From: an uncultured delta proteobacterium
GTDB taxonomy: Bacteria; Desulfobacterota; Binatia; UBA9968
DNA: 64,000 bases
Direction: 5' to 3'
Assembly: GCA_963771465.1 (NCBI GenBank)
Contig: CAVYTU010000017.1
Span: 832,001-896,000 of the forward strand
Position numbers and translations under genes: made by a program. The notes under the pieces are model-generated. The model searched no databases and was not told where the DNA came from. It worked only from the letters and a program-made list of their open reading frames with translations. Positions 1 through 9,988 of this stretch are shown piece by piece (position 1 is the first letter of the stretch; each line of letters begins with the position of its first letter).

Positions 1-1
1 G

Positions 2-361
2 GTGATGCGCTCTTACATCGCCAAACAGCCGGCGCGCGTGCGCAGCTTCGTCGCCGGCATTACCGAAGCGATCGCGCATATCAGACGGCGGCCAAGCGAA
101 GCCAAGGCGAGCTTGGAAAAGTATACTCGAGTTTCGGATCAGGCAATTCTGCAGCACGCCTATGACGCCGATACCCGTTACATGGAGTCGGTACCCAATC
201 CAACTCCTGAAGGGACCAGGACGATCTTGGAAAATTTAGGGGTGACGGGTCGGGTCGCCGAGCAGTTTGTCGCGGAGTTTAACGACGGCCGCTTTATGAA
301 GCAGATCATCGACGATGGTTTGTTAAAGCAGATCTATCCCGGCGGCGTTCCGGCGCGATAG
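2..361 (+). CDS. ABC transporter substrate-binding protein, SsuA/NMT1-like (C-terminal part, truncated by window edge)
   Basis: C-terminal pattern similar to the SBPs at 19973 and 44710 (..YI..P..VR.FV...EA......P...G...IL......F.D..F...I...G). Confidence 0.7.
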   Translation: MMRSYIAKQPARVRSFVAGITEAIAHIRRRPSEAKASLEKYTRVSDQAILQHAYDADTRYMESVPNPTPEGTRTILENLGVTGRVAEQFVAEFNDGRFMKQIIDDGLLKQIYPGGVPAR

Positions 362-413
362 AAGATTTGCGTAATTTCGCCAGCGCTGCCGCTCGGCGCA
401 GCGTGTCGAACAG

Positions 414-1262
414 CTAGAACGGGTATGTGGCTCCGCCACCGACGGGTAAAATCTGCCCGGTGATAAAAGACGCGTCGTGGGAGAGCAGGAATACGATTGC
501 CGATGCTTGTTCTTCCGACGTCCCTTCACGACCCATAGGGACTTCGTATTTATGGCGTTCTTCGCGCTCCTTGCTGCCTTCTATTTCATACCAGCGCGCT
601 CCGTCGGGCGGTTTCTTCGGTCCGGCAGGAGGCACCCCATAGCTTCTTGGAGTCACTTTGTCGGTGGAGCGGCTTGAACCGGGAGCGATACAGTTTACCC
701 GGATGCCTGTTTCCGCCACCTCTTTGGCGAGCGACGTAGTGAGCGCGATGACGCCGCCCTTGGACGCGGCATAGGGAACCCGCCCGGTGCTCGCCACCGC
801 GTGGGTGGCAAGGTTGCAGATGGCGCCGCTGCGTTGCTCGATCATATACGGCAGCACGGCCCAACAGAGCCACATGCTGGGCCAAAAATTCTTCTTAACG
901 GTCGCTTCAATTTGCTCCGGATTGAGCAGCTGATAATCATAGTGCCAAACGCTGCCGCCGACGATATTGGCCAATGCGTCGATCTTGCCGTAAGCGTCTT
1001 TGGCACATCTCATCAACGCTTGCACGTCTTTGAGTTCTCTGAGATCGCCAACAAACGGAGTCGCGGATTCGCCGAAATCGGCGATCTCTTTACACACTCG
1101 CTGTGCGGTATCCTCGACCTGGTCGGCGACCACCAGTTTGGCGCCTTCCTGGGCCAGGCGACGCGCAGTGGCGCGGCCGATCCCTTGGCCGGCGCCCGCC
1201 ACGATAGCGACTTGGCCTTCAAACCGCCGCCCGCCAGCGGCGCGCGAATCTAAATCTGCCAT
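414..1262 (-). CDS. SDR oxidoreductase, BenD/XylL-like cis-dihydrodiol carboxylate dehydrogenase
   Basis: RRFEGQVAIVAGAGQGIG, NIVGGSVW, RVPYAASKGGV (YxxxK), C-terminal ASFITGQILPVGGG resemble BenD. Confidence 0.75.
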   Translation of the reverse strand: MADLDSRAAGGRRFEGQVAIVAGAGQGIGRATARRLAQEGAKLVVADQVEDTAQRVCKEIADFGESATPFVGDLRELKDVQALMRCAKDAYGKIDALANIVGGSVWHYDYQLLNPEQIEATVKKNFWPSMWLCWAVLPYMIEQRSGAICNLATHAVASTGRVPYAASKGGVIALTTSLAKEVAETGIRVNCIAPGSSRSTDKVTPRSYGVPPAGPKKPPDGARWYEIEGSKEREERHKYEVPMGREGTSEEQASAIVFLLSHDASFITGQILPVGGGATYPF

Positions 1263-1292
1263 CGAATCCTCCGGTCAGCTTTCGTCTTTCGT

Positions 1293-2495
1293 TCACTGAT
1301 TCGCTTGCAACCACTCCGGCCGTTGCCATGGGTGCAGCGGCAAACCCTCGGCGAGGGCGTTGAGTTCTTGACTCCACAGCTTGCGAAACAAAATGACGGC
1401 TACGTCCGATCGCCCAAGGTGATCCTTTCGTCGATCGACAATGCGCGCCTGGCCGACTTGCGCTACCGCATCTTGCATGAGTCCCACGTTGGCGCCAGCG
1501 CCGGTGGCAAAAACTTTTTCCTTGGCGGCGATAGTTTCGGCTTCTTCGATCGTCATCTTGCCGGCCAACACTTTTTCGGAAAGCTCTGCGGCGCGCGCAC
1601 TGAGCGCGAGCATGTCTTCTTCCTTGCCGCCGCCATCGGTCGCCCACCGTCTACGACTATTTGCCGCATAAATGGTAAATTCGATACCGGTTTCATCATC
1701 GATCGGCACGTTCCAATTCAAACTGCCAAGTTTCCCCATCTCTTCCTGGATGCCGACTCGATGCGGATTGCCCTGGCGCTTTTCATGAACATTGGGCAAG
1801 CCCATGGCGGTGATCCAGGTGCGTCCGTCCGGTTCGGTAATGCGATTGATCAACCCCCACTCCATTTCCTCTGACGTCATCGTCATCAGATTCTCGCGCT
1901 TCCAATCGTTGCCGAATACCCAGCGATTGCGATGCACGAACGGGGTGTGAATGGGATCGCAGTGGTTTTCGATATATTGAAAAAAATTACATTTTCGAAT
2001 GTAGTAGCGCACGCCATTGACGCCCACCTTGTCCCAGTCAGGATAGCGCGGGAATGGCGGCGGCTCGCCTTCGCCGAGATACGCAAAGATAAGCCCCAAA
2101 TAGTCCTGCGTGGGATAAGTGCGAATGCGGATCTTCCCAGCGAACGATTCCTGCTCCGCGGGCTGTTCGACGCACTGGCCGGTCTGGTCAAATTTCCAGC
2201 CGTGGTATAAGCAGCGGATACAATCGTCCTCGACCCAACCCGCAGATAGTTGTGTGCCTCGATGCGGACAACGGAACTCAGTGAGATGGGGTTGATTGCT
2301 CTGGCCACGGTAGAGGGTAAAATCCTCGCTCATGATGCGCACGGGAAGAGCCCGGCCCGCCGGCACATCCTGGCTGCGGTAGACGGGTTGCCAGAACTTC
2401 CGCATGTATTGGCCCGCTAGGGTGTCGGGCCCAGTGCGGGCAAAATCGATAAAATTCTTTTCCTCGGATGAATTCCCTTGAACATCGTTAGCCAT
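1293..2495 (-). CDS. Rieske non-heme iron aromatic oxygenase, alpha subunit (phthalate 4,5-dioxygenase/LigX-like)
   Basis: Rieske CPHRG...CLYHGW, mononuclear Fe motif ENxxDPIHxxxxH, N-terminal TGPDTLAGQYMRKFWQP, C-terminal HLGRSD. Confidence 0.9.
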   Translation of the reverse strand: MANDVQGNSSEEKNFIDFARTGPDTLAGQYMRKFWQPVYRSQDVPAGRALPVRIMSEDFTLYRGQSNQPHLTEFRCPHRGTQLSAGWVEDDCIRCLYHGWKFDQTGQCVEQPAEQESFAGKIRIRTYPTQDYLGLIFAYLGEGEPPPFPRYPDWDKVGVNGVRYYIRKCNFFQYIENHCDPIHTPFVHRNRWVFGNDWKRENLMTMTSEEMEWGLINRITEPDGRTWITAMGLPNVHEKRQGNPHRVGIQEEMGKLGSLNWNVPIDDETGIEFTIYAANSRRRWATDGGGKEEDMLALSARAAELSEKVLAGKMTIEEAETIAAKEKVFATGAGANVGLMQDAVAQVGQARIVDRRKDHLGRSDVAVILFRKLWSQELNALAEGLPLHPWQRPEWLQANQ

Positions 2496-2775
2496 CGCTT
2501 ACCTCCATCGTTGATCCGCAAAAACGCCGTCGCGGTGTGTGATAACAAGTTGCGTCGATGGTTTTGAAATAGCTATTCGCTCGCGCCTTGTCAAACCGAT
2601 GATGTGACGCCAACAGTGCGCAGACGTCTGTCACGTTTCCCGCCTTTGAATTTGGCCCTCAGTTGCAAGCGAAGGCTTCTCAAATACCTGAATTGACATC
2701 CCCATACCGCTGCCCTATATGTAAACTGCTTCACCCGAACTCTCCTCGAAATTCATGACATTGGAGAAGATCCTC

Positions 2776-3879
2776 ATGAGAAATAGAAACCTTCGAGTAA
2801 GCTGGAAGTGGATATTGGCGTTGCTTTTGATCGGAGTTTTCCACCATTCGGCGGCCATCGCACAAAGCAAAGAAGCCCGGCTCAAGGTCAGCAAAGATGA
2901 GATCTTGGCGCGGGCGAAGCGGGAAGGAAAACTGTCATTGGTCCCCGGCTATGACAAAAGCACCATTGGCCCACTGGTTTCCGCCTTTACGAAAAAGTAT
3001 CCCTTCATCGATGTTTCGTGGCAGATGGTCACGGGAATTGCTGCGTCGCAAAGGCAATTGTTCGAGCTTGCGGCGGGCAAAGCCGATGTCGACGTCTTCA
3101 GCCCAAGCACGGTGTTCACGAGCGAGTATTTCAAGCAGAACCTGATCATGAAATACGATTTTCACGCCATGGCAAAGTCGGCTCAGCTCAAGATTCCCAC
3201 GGAGATGATCGATGAGTCGGGTGTGATGGCTTGGTTGGGCTCGAACGTCGGCGTGTTTGTTTATAACTCGAAACTGGTTCCGGCAGACAAAGCGCCCAAG
3301 CGCTGGGAGCAGTGCATCGAGCCGCAGTGGAAAGGCAAGATCGGCGTCGACACCAAGCCAAGCATACTTTCTTGGCTCGTTCCAACTTGGGGAGAAGAAA
3401 AAGTATTGGGATTTGCGCGCAACTTGAAAGCCAACGACCCGCGCTGGGTTCGTGGCCAGACTGGGAGTTTGGCGCTAATGGCTGCCGGCGAGTTCGTCGT
3501 CGACTGCGGCATGTATTTGCATACCGCAAATCGTGCTTTGAAGAGAGACCCGGCCATGCCGATCAAGATAGTTATCCCTGAGGACGTCGTTGCGACGTCG
3601 TTCCACGAGCCGGAGGCTATTTATGCGCGCGCCCAGCATCCCCACGCAGGCCTCTTGTGGATGGAATTTATCGCCTCCACGGAGGGACAGGCACTTGTCG
3701 ATGCGCAAGACCCGGGCAAGGCATCTTTTTTTGGCGAGGGAACTCTGGCGGGTAAAGTAATGCAAGGTCGCAAGGTCTCGCGCTGCAACGCGGTTTGTCG
3801 CAACCAAGAAGATAAAATGATCGAGCGAATTGCCGTGGAGGGATGGGGGCTGCCCAAAGCCGGGGTTCGGCCAAAGTAA
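2776..3879 (+). CDS. ABC transporter substrate-binding protein, Fe3+/thiamine (AfuA/FbpA)-like family
   Basis: Signal peptide, AKREGKL, YNSKLVP..APK.WE..I.P.WKGK, HPHAGLLWMEFIASTEGQ; start chosen after GGAG (ORF track starts at 2755). Confidence 0.85.
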   Translation: MRNRNLRVSWKWILALLLIGVFHHSAAIAQSKEARLKVSKDEILARAKREGKLSLVPGYDKSTIGPLVSAFTKKYPFIDVSWQMVTGIAASQRQLFELAAGKADVDVFSPSTVFTSEYFKQNLIMKYDFHAMAKSAQLKIPTEMIDESGVMAWLGSNVGVFVYNSKLVPADKAPKRWEQCIEPQWKGKIGVDTKPSILSWLVPTWGEEKVLGFARNLKANDPRWVRGQTGSLALMAAGEFVVDCGMYLHTANRALKRDPAMPIKIVIPEDVVATSFHEPEAIYARAQHPHAGLLWMEFIASTEGQALVDAQDPGKASFFGEGTLAGKVMQGRKVSRCNAVCRNQEDKMIERIAVEGWGLPKAGVRPK

Positions 3880-3907
3880 TCTCGGCTAATAACATCAAGC
3901 GCTATCA

Positions 3908-5695
3908 CTACTCGCGCTGGCGACCGCTAAAGGCATCCTCAACGAGCCGGCGCGATAGTAGAGTCAGCAGCGTAACGGTAATAATTAACAGCACTCCCAA
4001 TGCCGCAGCGCCGGAGAAGTCGGCGTTTCGATCCCAGAGAAAAAACAACAAGACACTGACCGTCTCGGTCTCCGGCGTGCTCAGCATCAATGGGATAGTC
4101 AGACTGCGCAAGCTATGGGACGCCACCCAGATGAAGCCCATCACGAAGGGAGGGAGGATCAGCGGTAAAGTGATTCTAAACAATACCGTCAAGCGCCGGG
4201 CACCGCTCACCAACCCCGCCTCCTCCAGCTCTTTATGAATTTGGGTCAGCGCGCCGTTCATGAGTCTTGTCGCAAACGGTAAATAGGAGACGAGCAGCCC
4301 CGCCACGATGATCCACAGGCTACCGTAGATGGGCAGCCAGCGCAGGGCCGGATGCAGATAGGTAAACACCAGTCCGAGAGCGATCACGGAGCCAGGCAGC
4401 ACGTGCGGCACGAAGATCGCCGCATCGAGGAAAAAACGGCCGGCGAGGCGCGACCGCACGACCACCCACGAGATAAAAAACGCCAGCGTCATCGTCATCA
4501 CCGCGGTGCCCGCGCCGAGAACCAGCGTGTTGATAACAACTCTGCCGATGTTCGGCCAATTCAAGATCTCCAAATACTTCTTAAAGGTTAATAAGCCGAG
4601 CGCCTCGACTGAGGGGGGCCGATAGCTCGGCAGCAGCGATGCCCACAGAAGGATCAGTAGCGGGATCGCGGTGCTGAGGAGAAAGTAGAGGAAAAAAAGT
4701 CCGAAAGCGGGATAGCGCCACTTGCCCAGCTGAATGATCCGCGTCTGGGCCGCCTTACCGGTGACGGTAACGTACTTCTGCCGCTCGGCTTGCTTGATGA
4801 TAAAATGAAAATAGGCATAGGACAGAGTAAGTGCGATGATAATGAATGGCGAGGACAGCGCGGTTGCCAAACCCCACTCGATCGGTGTGCTGTAGAAAGC
4901 GCTGAAAAAAATTAGCGTGGGCAAAACATAGACCTGTTTCTGCAATCCCAACAGCAGCGGAATATCCATGTCGTTCAAGTCGCCGGCGAATTTGTACAGC
5001 GTCGCCACGGTCAGCGCGGGCATGAGCACTGGCAGAGTGACTTTCCAGAGCGTGATTCTCTTGTTGGCGCCACTGACATGGGCCGCGTCTTCGATTTCCT
5101 GATTGATCAGCCGAAAAGCTCCGACCACAAGTAGAAACACCGTCGTCAATCCGGTGATGGAATTGACGAAGATCATTCCACCCAGGGAGTAAATATTGAT
5201 CGGCCCCGTCTCCAAATTTAAGCCGAATAAGCCGAGCAGCGCGCGCAAAATCGTGTTGATCACCCCGACGCGCGGGTTGAGCAGCAAGATCCAGCTCATG
5301 GTCAGAAGAAACGACGGCATGCCGATAGGCAGCAGGATCAGCATCCACGCCACGCGCCGAAAGGGCATGTCCGTGCGCTCCACCAGCCAGGCAAACAGCA
5401 CGGCGACGCACATCACCAGCACCACGCTGACGCCGGCGTAGATAAGCGAGTTTAGTAGCGTGGTATAGGTGAGCGAATAACTGTAGGTCAACGCATAATT
5501 GGCAAACGTAAACGGGCCCATGTCCAGAGGTGTGCCGGCGCGGAAGCTGACCATGACCACCATCAACAAAGGCACGACCAGGATCCAGAATAAGACGAAG
5601 CCGGCCAGCCCAACGAGGCTCGCCCGCATGATGCGGCGTCCCACGCCATTGAGAAAGGTTTGATAAGTCGCGGTTTCGGTGTAGTTGGCTGCCAA
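3908..5695 (-). CDS. ABC transporter permease, FbpB-like (two TM modules)
   Basis: AWLVERTDMPFR, two EAA loops (EIEDAAHVSGA; ELEEAGLVSGA). Confidence 0.9.
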   Translation of the reverse strand: MAANYTETATYQTFLNGVGRRIMRASLVGLAGFVLFWILVVPLLMVVMVSFRAGTPLDMGPFTFANYALTYSYSLTYTTLLNSLIYAGVSVVLVMCVAVLFAWLVERTDMPFRRVAWMLILLPIGMPSFLLTMSWILLLNPRVGVINTILRALLGLFGLNLETGPINIYSLGGMIFVNSITGLTTVFLLVVGAFRLINQEIEDAAHVSGANKRITLWKVTLPVLMPALTVATLYKFAGDLNDMDIPLLLGLQKQVYVLPTLIFFSAFYSTPIEWGLATALSSPFIIIALTLSYAYFHFIIKQAERQKYVTVTGKAAQTRIIQLGKWRYPAFGLFFLYFLLSTAIPLLILLWASLLPSYRPPSVEALGLLTFKKYLEILNWPNIGRVVINTLVLGAGTAVMTMTLAFFISWVVVRSRLAGRFFLDAAIFVPHVLPGSVIALGLVFTYLHPALRWLPIYGSLWIIVAGLLVSYLPFATRLMNGALTQIHKELEEAGLVSGARRLTVLFRITLPLILPPFVMGFIWVASHSLRSLTIPLMLSTPETETVSVLLFFLWDRNADFSGAAALGVLLIITVTLLTLLSRRLVEDAFSGRQRE

Positions 5696-5749
5696 GTGCT
5701 TCCCCGCTATTACGCTCTGGACGCCGCTTGATTCATCGGTCTTAGTTGC

Positions 5750-6565
5750 TCATGCTTGCAAGCCGTGCTTGGCATAAACATCCGTGCGGCGGTTTTTGAG
5801 CAGCGGCAGTTTCTCACGCGCTTCGCCGACTAACTTCAAATCGAGTTCGATCACTTTCAGTCCTTCGGTTTCTCCCAGATCGACAAGCGTGCGGCCCAGC
5901 GGGTCGACCGCCATGCTGTGGCCGGTGTAGATGTTGCCGACTTGGTTGGGCGCGATGACGAAGCAGCCGTTTTCCAATGCGCGCGCTTTGATCATCGTCT
6001 GCCAGTGCTCGACTTTGAGATCGCCTTGAACCCAGCCCGACGGCGCGACGAGAATATTGGCGCCGGAGAGAGCGAGCATGCGCGCCATCTCCGGAAAGCG
6101 CAGGTCGTAGCAAATCATCATGCCGCAGCGGCTTTCGGCAAATTCTACTAGCGGAGCGATATCTTCGCCGGGTTGAAACTTGTCGGACTCTTTGAAACCG
6201 AAGGCGTCGTACAAGTGTAGCTTGCGGTAAACCGAAGCGACGCTGCCGTTGGCATCGATCCACACTGAGGTGTCGAAAACCCGCTGGGCCACCGGGCTGG
6301 TTTCGTAGATCGGCGCGATGACGGCGATCTGATTTGTATTCGCCGCATCGCGCAGCGCCGTGATAAAAGCGCCGTCGACTGATTCGGCGACTTGGGTCAA
6401 CTCTTGCGCTGTTTGCTGAGCAGGAGAGAACGCCATCAGAAATTCGGGGAAGGCGATCAGCTCCGCGTCTTTGCGCTTGGCTTCTTTGATCAGCGTGAGC
6501 GCTGTTTGGAGATTTTGCTGCTTGTCGGTTGACGATGCAATTTGGGCAATGGCGAATTTTTTCAT
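5750..6565 (-). CDS. Carbon-nitrogen hydrolase (Nit1/deaminated glutathione amidase-like)
   Basis: Catalytic triad motifs FPE, YRKLHLYD, ICYDLRFPE; ARALENGCFV; start at MKKFAIAQ. Confidence 0.9.
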   Translation of the reverse strand: MKKFAIAQIASSTDKQQNLQTALTLIKEAKRKDAELIAFPEFLMAFSPAQQTAQELTQVAESVDGAFITALRDAANTNQIAVIAPIYETSPVAQRVFDTSVWIDANGSVASVYRKLHLYDAFGFKESDKFQPGEDIAPLVEFAESRCGMMICYDLRFPEMARMLALSGANILVAPSGWVQGDLKVEHWQTMIKARALENGCFVIAPNQVGNIYTGHSMAVDPLGRTLVDLGETEGLKVIELDLKLVGEAREKLPLLKNRRTDVYAKHGLQA

Positions 6566-6654
6566 CGGCGCTACCTGGTTCAATCGATCGATGACGGCTG
6601 GATAATGTTTGCCAGTCACGCTATCCAAGTAGAAACCTTCGGTCAACCCGTTCC

Positions 6655-8168
6655 ATGGCGCAAACCTCTCTCACTCCTCGCATCCAACGGCTCGCTTTAT
6701 TCAACTGCTGCCTGGGTCAGTTCATGAGCGCGGTGGACTCGCGCTCGGTGACCATCGCGCTGCCGACGATATCGCTGCATTTCGGTCTTTCGCTGGACGT
6801 CGTGCAATGGATTCCCCTGGCTTATCAGTTGACCATCGTCGGCTTGGTTCTGAGCATGGCGCGTTTGGGCGACATGTTGGGGCGGAAGAAAGTGTATGCC
6901 GTGGGTTTTCTCTTGCTGGCGACGGGCTCGACGGCTTGCGGGCTGAGCGAATATTTTTGGCTGCTGATTCTTTCTCGCGTCATCGAAGCCGCCGGCGGCG
7001 CCATGGTGCTCGCCAACGGCCGCTCCATCGCATCGACGCTTTATGCCGCTGAAGGCCGCGGCCGCGCGCTCGGCATGATGTCGATGGCGTTTCATGTCGG
7101 CTACATCGCCGGCCCTTCCGTCGGCGGCTTCTTGGTCGATACCGTTGGCTGGCGTTGGTCGTTCTTCATGATCTCGCCCTTGGCGCTCTTGGCGGGTTAC
7201 ATGTCTTGGAAGATTCTGCCGGAGTCGGCCGCCGACAAAGGCGAAGTGACGATCGATCCCTTTGGGCATGTTAGCGCTGTTACTGGTGGCGGTTTCGGTC
7301 ATTGTCGGCCTCCAGCAGATCGCCAAATCCGGCTTCGGCGCATTGCCGATGATATTGTTTCTGTTTGCGGCTTTGTGTTTTTGGTTGTTGCTGCGGGTCG
7401 AGGCTAAAGTTTCGGCGCCGCTGCTCGATCTTGTCGTTGTTCAAGCTTCGCATGCTGACCGCCGCCGTCTTGAGCCACTTTTTCGTGGTCATCACCCATG
7501 CCTCGACATTTTTTCTCCTGCCGTTTTTTCTCCAAGGAATCTTGAAGGTCTCGCCGACGCGAGTTGGGTTGACGATGATTTTCTTTTCGCTGGTGATTGT
7601 CTGTCTGGCGCCGATTGGCGGTTGGCTCGGCGATAAGCTCGGCTCTCGGCTACTTTGCACCGTCGGTTCCATCCTGACGGCGCTCAGCATGGTGGGCTTC
7701 GCTCGCCTGGATGGCGAGAGCACGCAGTTCACGGTTATGCTTTCGCTTATGCTTTTGGGTTTGGGCTGGTCGTGTTTTCAGTCGCCAAACCTAAGCGGCA
7801 TGTTCAATGCCGTCGGGCCGCGCCACGTCGGTTCGGTGAGCGGCTTGTCGCTGACTTCGGCCAACGTCGGCAATGCGATGGGCGTCGCCGTAGGCAGTCT
7901 GCTGTTCCTACGCTGGTTGAATTACTATGGTCTCGAAGGCGCGGTGGTGCCGCCGTACACGGAGTGGGGCGCGAGCCCGGAGATGTTTATCAAGTCGTTT
8001 CAGAACGCTTGGCTGGTGATCGCCGCGCTCGGTTCGGTAGCGATCGTCACGTCAGCGATGCGCGGCGCGGAGGAGGAGGAAGATGACTGGAGTGGACTGA
8101 TGGCGTATTGGAGTGATGAGTTTCAGATACTCGAATACTCCATCACTCCAATTTCAGTAGTTCAGTGA
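6655..8168 (+). CDS. MFS transporter, DHA2/EmrB-QacA-like; split across three frames by two apparent 1-nt insertions (~7261, ~7431)
   Basis: ARLGDMLGRKKVY motif A, GPSVGGFLV..GWRW motif C; homology continues through ORFs 7262-7636 and 7365-8168; true 3' end uncertain. Confidence 0.8.
8088..8152. repeat. Degenerate TGGAGTNN 8-mer fold-back repeat
   Basis: tggagtgatg pairs with catcactcca; same unit family as 9221-9300. Confidence 0.7.
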
Positions 8169-9209
8169 CGTACCGGAGTTTTTCGCTTTGATATTTTCTA
8201 GGACTTTCGCGCCTAGTGCTACGTCGGCGACGCCTTGGCCGGCGTTGTTCTTGTAAAAAGTGATTTGATCGAGGCGGGTGCGGCCTTCGCTGTTGCCTGC
8301 GAGGATCGAGCCGATCTCGATCAGCTGCTCCCACTTGATGACGCCGCGGTTTACCGGATCGAAAATATCGGCTTGCTCATCCTGCATCGCTTGTTGGATC
8401 GATACGATGGCGTGCACGTCGCTACGCGCCAGCGTGGCGTCGTCGATCTCGCGCCGCTTGGCGGCGGTGAAACCGCCTTTGACGAGACCGACGTTGCTGC
8501 CGACGATGGTCGTCACATGCTGGCCGGGCACCAATAAATTACCGTCAAACACCGGTACACTGGAATTGGTCGCGGTTAGAACGATATCGACGCCGCGCAC
8601 GGCCTCAGCCGGCGACGATACCGGAGTGATGTTGAGGTTGGTTACCCGGCCCATTTCTTCGGCGAATTGTTTTCGATTCGCCGGATTGCGGCTGAAGACT
8701 TTGACGGTTTTCAGTTGGCGCACTTGCATGAGCGCGAGCAAGTGATTTTTCGCCTGTCCGGCGGCGCCGAAGATACCCAGGCTTGTGGCATCGGGCCGCG
8801 CCAGCAGATCGGTGCCCACGGCGCTGGTCGCCGCGGTGCGCAGGCCGGTGACCGCGATGTTGTCGGGCAACTCGCTGCAGGTTATCTCGCCGACGATGAT
8901 GCCTTTAAGTTCGCCTTCAGCGGCGTCGTAGAGCACGATGACGGGATGATTGAGGCGCGGATAGACTTGTTCGTTGGCCATCGGCTTGACCCATTCGCAG
9001 TGGGTCATCAGGCCGGTGGCGTTGGCCGCGGGTACGCCGCCTTGATGGACGCTGACGCGCACGCCGGAGGGAATATGAATGCGCCGGCGCGGCGCGTTGA
9101 GCTGCGGGTTCTCACCCCACTGGCGAAATCCCAAACGCACGGCTTCGACCGCTTCGTTCATGGTGACGATGCCGCGAATTTCTTGCGGACTGACGAGAAT
9201 GGGTTGCAT
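8154..9209 (-). CDS. Ornithine cyclodeaminase/mu-crystallin family protein
   Basis: TGLRTAATSAV, GIFGAAGQA, DIVLTATNS, ITFYKNNAGQGVAD; start at MQPILVS. Confidence 0.9.
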   Translation of the reverse strand: MQPILVSPQEIRGIVTMNEAVEAVRLGFRQWGENPQLNAPRRRIHIPSGVRVSVHQGGVPAANATGLMTHCEWVKPMANEQVYPRLNHPVIVLYDAAEGELKGIIVGEITCSELPDNIAVTGLRTAATSAVGTDLLARPDATSLGIFGAAGQAKNHLLALMQVRQLKTVKVFSRNPANRKQFAEEMGRVTNLNITPVSSPAEAVRGVDIVLTATNSSVPVFDGNLLVPGQHVTTIVGSNVGLVKGGFTAAKRREIDDATLARSDVHAIVSIQQAMQDEQADIFDPVNRGVIKWEQLIEIGSILAGNSEGRTRLDQITFYKNNAGQGVADVALGAKVLENIKAKNSGTSLNY

Positions 9210-9220
9210 GGAAACTTCAC

Positions 9221-9300
9221 TGGAGTAATGGAGTGCTGGAGTGTTGGAGTATTGGGTTCCGGAACCCATCACTCCAGTATTCCATTACTCCAATACCCCA
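9221..9300. repeat. 80-bp fold-back of five TGGRNTNN 8-mers and five inverted copies around a perfect 16-bp palindrome
   Basis: TGGAGTAA TGGAGTGC TGGAGTGT TGGAGTAT TGGGTTCC|GGAACCCA TCACTCCA GTATTCCA TTACTCCA ATACCCCA. Confidence 0.9.
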
Positions 9301-9305
9301 TTCTT

Positions 9306-9866
9306 TCAGATCGTCGCGGCGACTTGCGGCCGGGCGATCAAGTTTTCTCCCCAACGTTTGAGGTTCGGATAATGATCATCGATCACTACTTTGTAGCGTT
9401 GGCGCCGGGTGTAAAAGGGGATGAACGTGATATCGGCGAGGGAATATTCGCCGACCAGAAAATCTTTGCCGGCCATCTCTTGGTCCAGGGTTTGGAGATG
9501 TTGCTTCATCTTCTCATCGGCTTTGTCCAAGTTTCGATCGTGCTGCAAATCGCTGGCCGCCGGATGGACGCGCGTGTTCATGAAATCGATCCAGATGCGC
9601 GCCTTGGAGCGCAAGAGCGGATCGCTCGGCATGAGCCGAACTTGCGGAAATTTTTCTTCCAGATACTCGTTCAGAATAGCCGATTCGTAAATCACGCCGT
9701 CGCCGTCGACCAGCACGGGCACTTTGCCGTAGGGATTTTGCCGGACGAGATCTTCCGGCTTGTTCTTAAGATTGACTTCGATCAATTCACACGCGAGCTT
9801 TTTTTCCGAAAGGACAATCCTTGTCCTGTGGGCGTAGGGTCAAGCATGTGCGGTGTAGAGTTTCAT
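9306..9866 (-). CDS. Glutathione S-transferase family protein, predicted selenoprotein (Sec9)
   Basis: GAGGAGG RBS, then MKLYTAHA-TGA-PYAHRTRIVLSEKK in frame with NPYGKVPVL...IYESAILNEYLEE; TGA at 9842-9840 occupies the C of the CPY motif. Confidence 0.85.
9811..9842 (-). promoter_or_regulatory. Bacterial SECIS-like hairpin downstream of the GST UGA
   Basis: UGA, 12-nt spacer, then AGGACAA-GGA-UUGUCCU (7-bp stem, G-first loop). Confidence 0.75.
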
Positions 9867-9948
9867 GGTTTGGCCTCCTCGTAGACCTCTATTTATTACC
9901 ACTCTCGGCGCGAGGAGCGCAACGTCGGGCCGGGAGCGGCGCATGCGA

Positions 9949-9969
9949 ATTCCAGATTACAGATTCCAG
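9949..9969. repeat. Short 7-mer tandem repeat (ATTCCAG ATTACAG ATTCCAG)
   Basis: Same unit as 35823-35890. Confidence 0.5.
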
Positions 9970-9988
9970 AAGTTTGGCCGCTTCTCGT

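Noticed and set aside
2693-2721. Sigma70 promoter TTGACA-17-TATATG before the SBP
   Set aside because: Perfect -35 but the -10 lacks the conserved final T; too weak to list as a feature.
9221-9300. CRISPR array
   Set aside because: Units are 8 bp with no unique spacers, and no cas genes are present.
8667-9884. Long antisense ORFs (405 aa here; also 14997-16307 and 55381-56349)
   Set aside because: Shadow ORFs opposite well-supported genes in GC-rich DNA, with no motifs.
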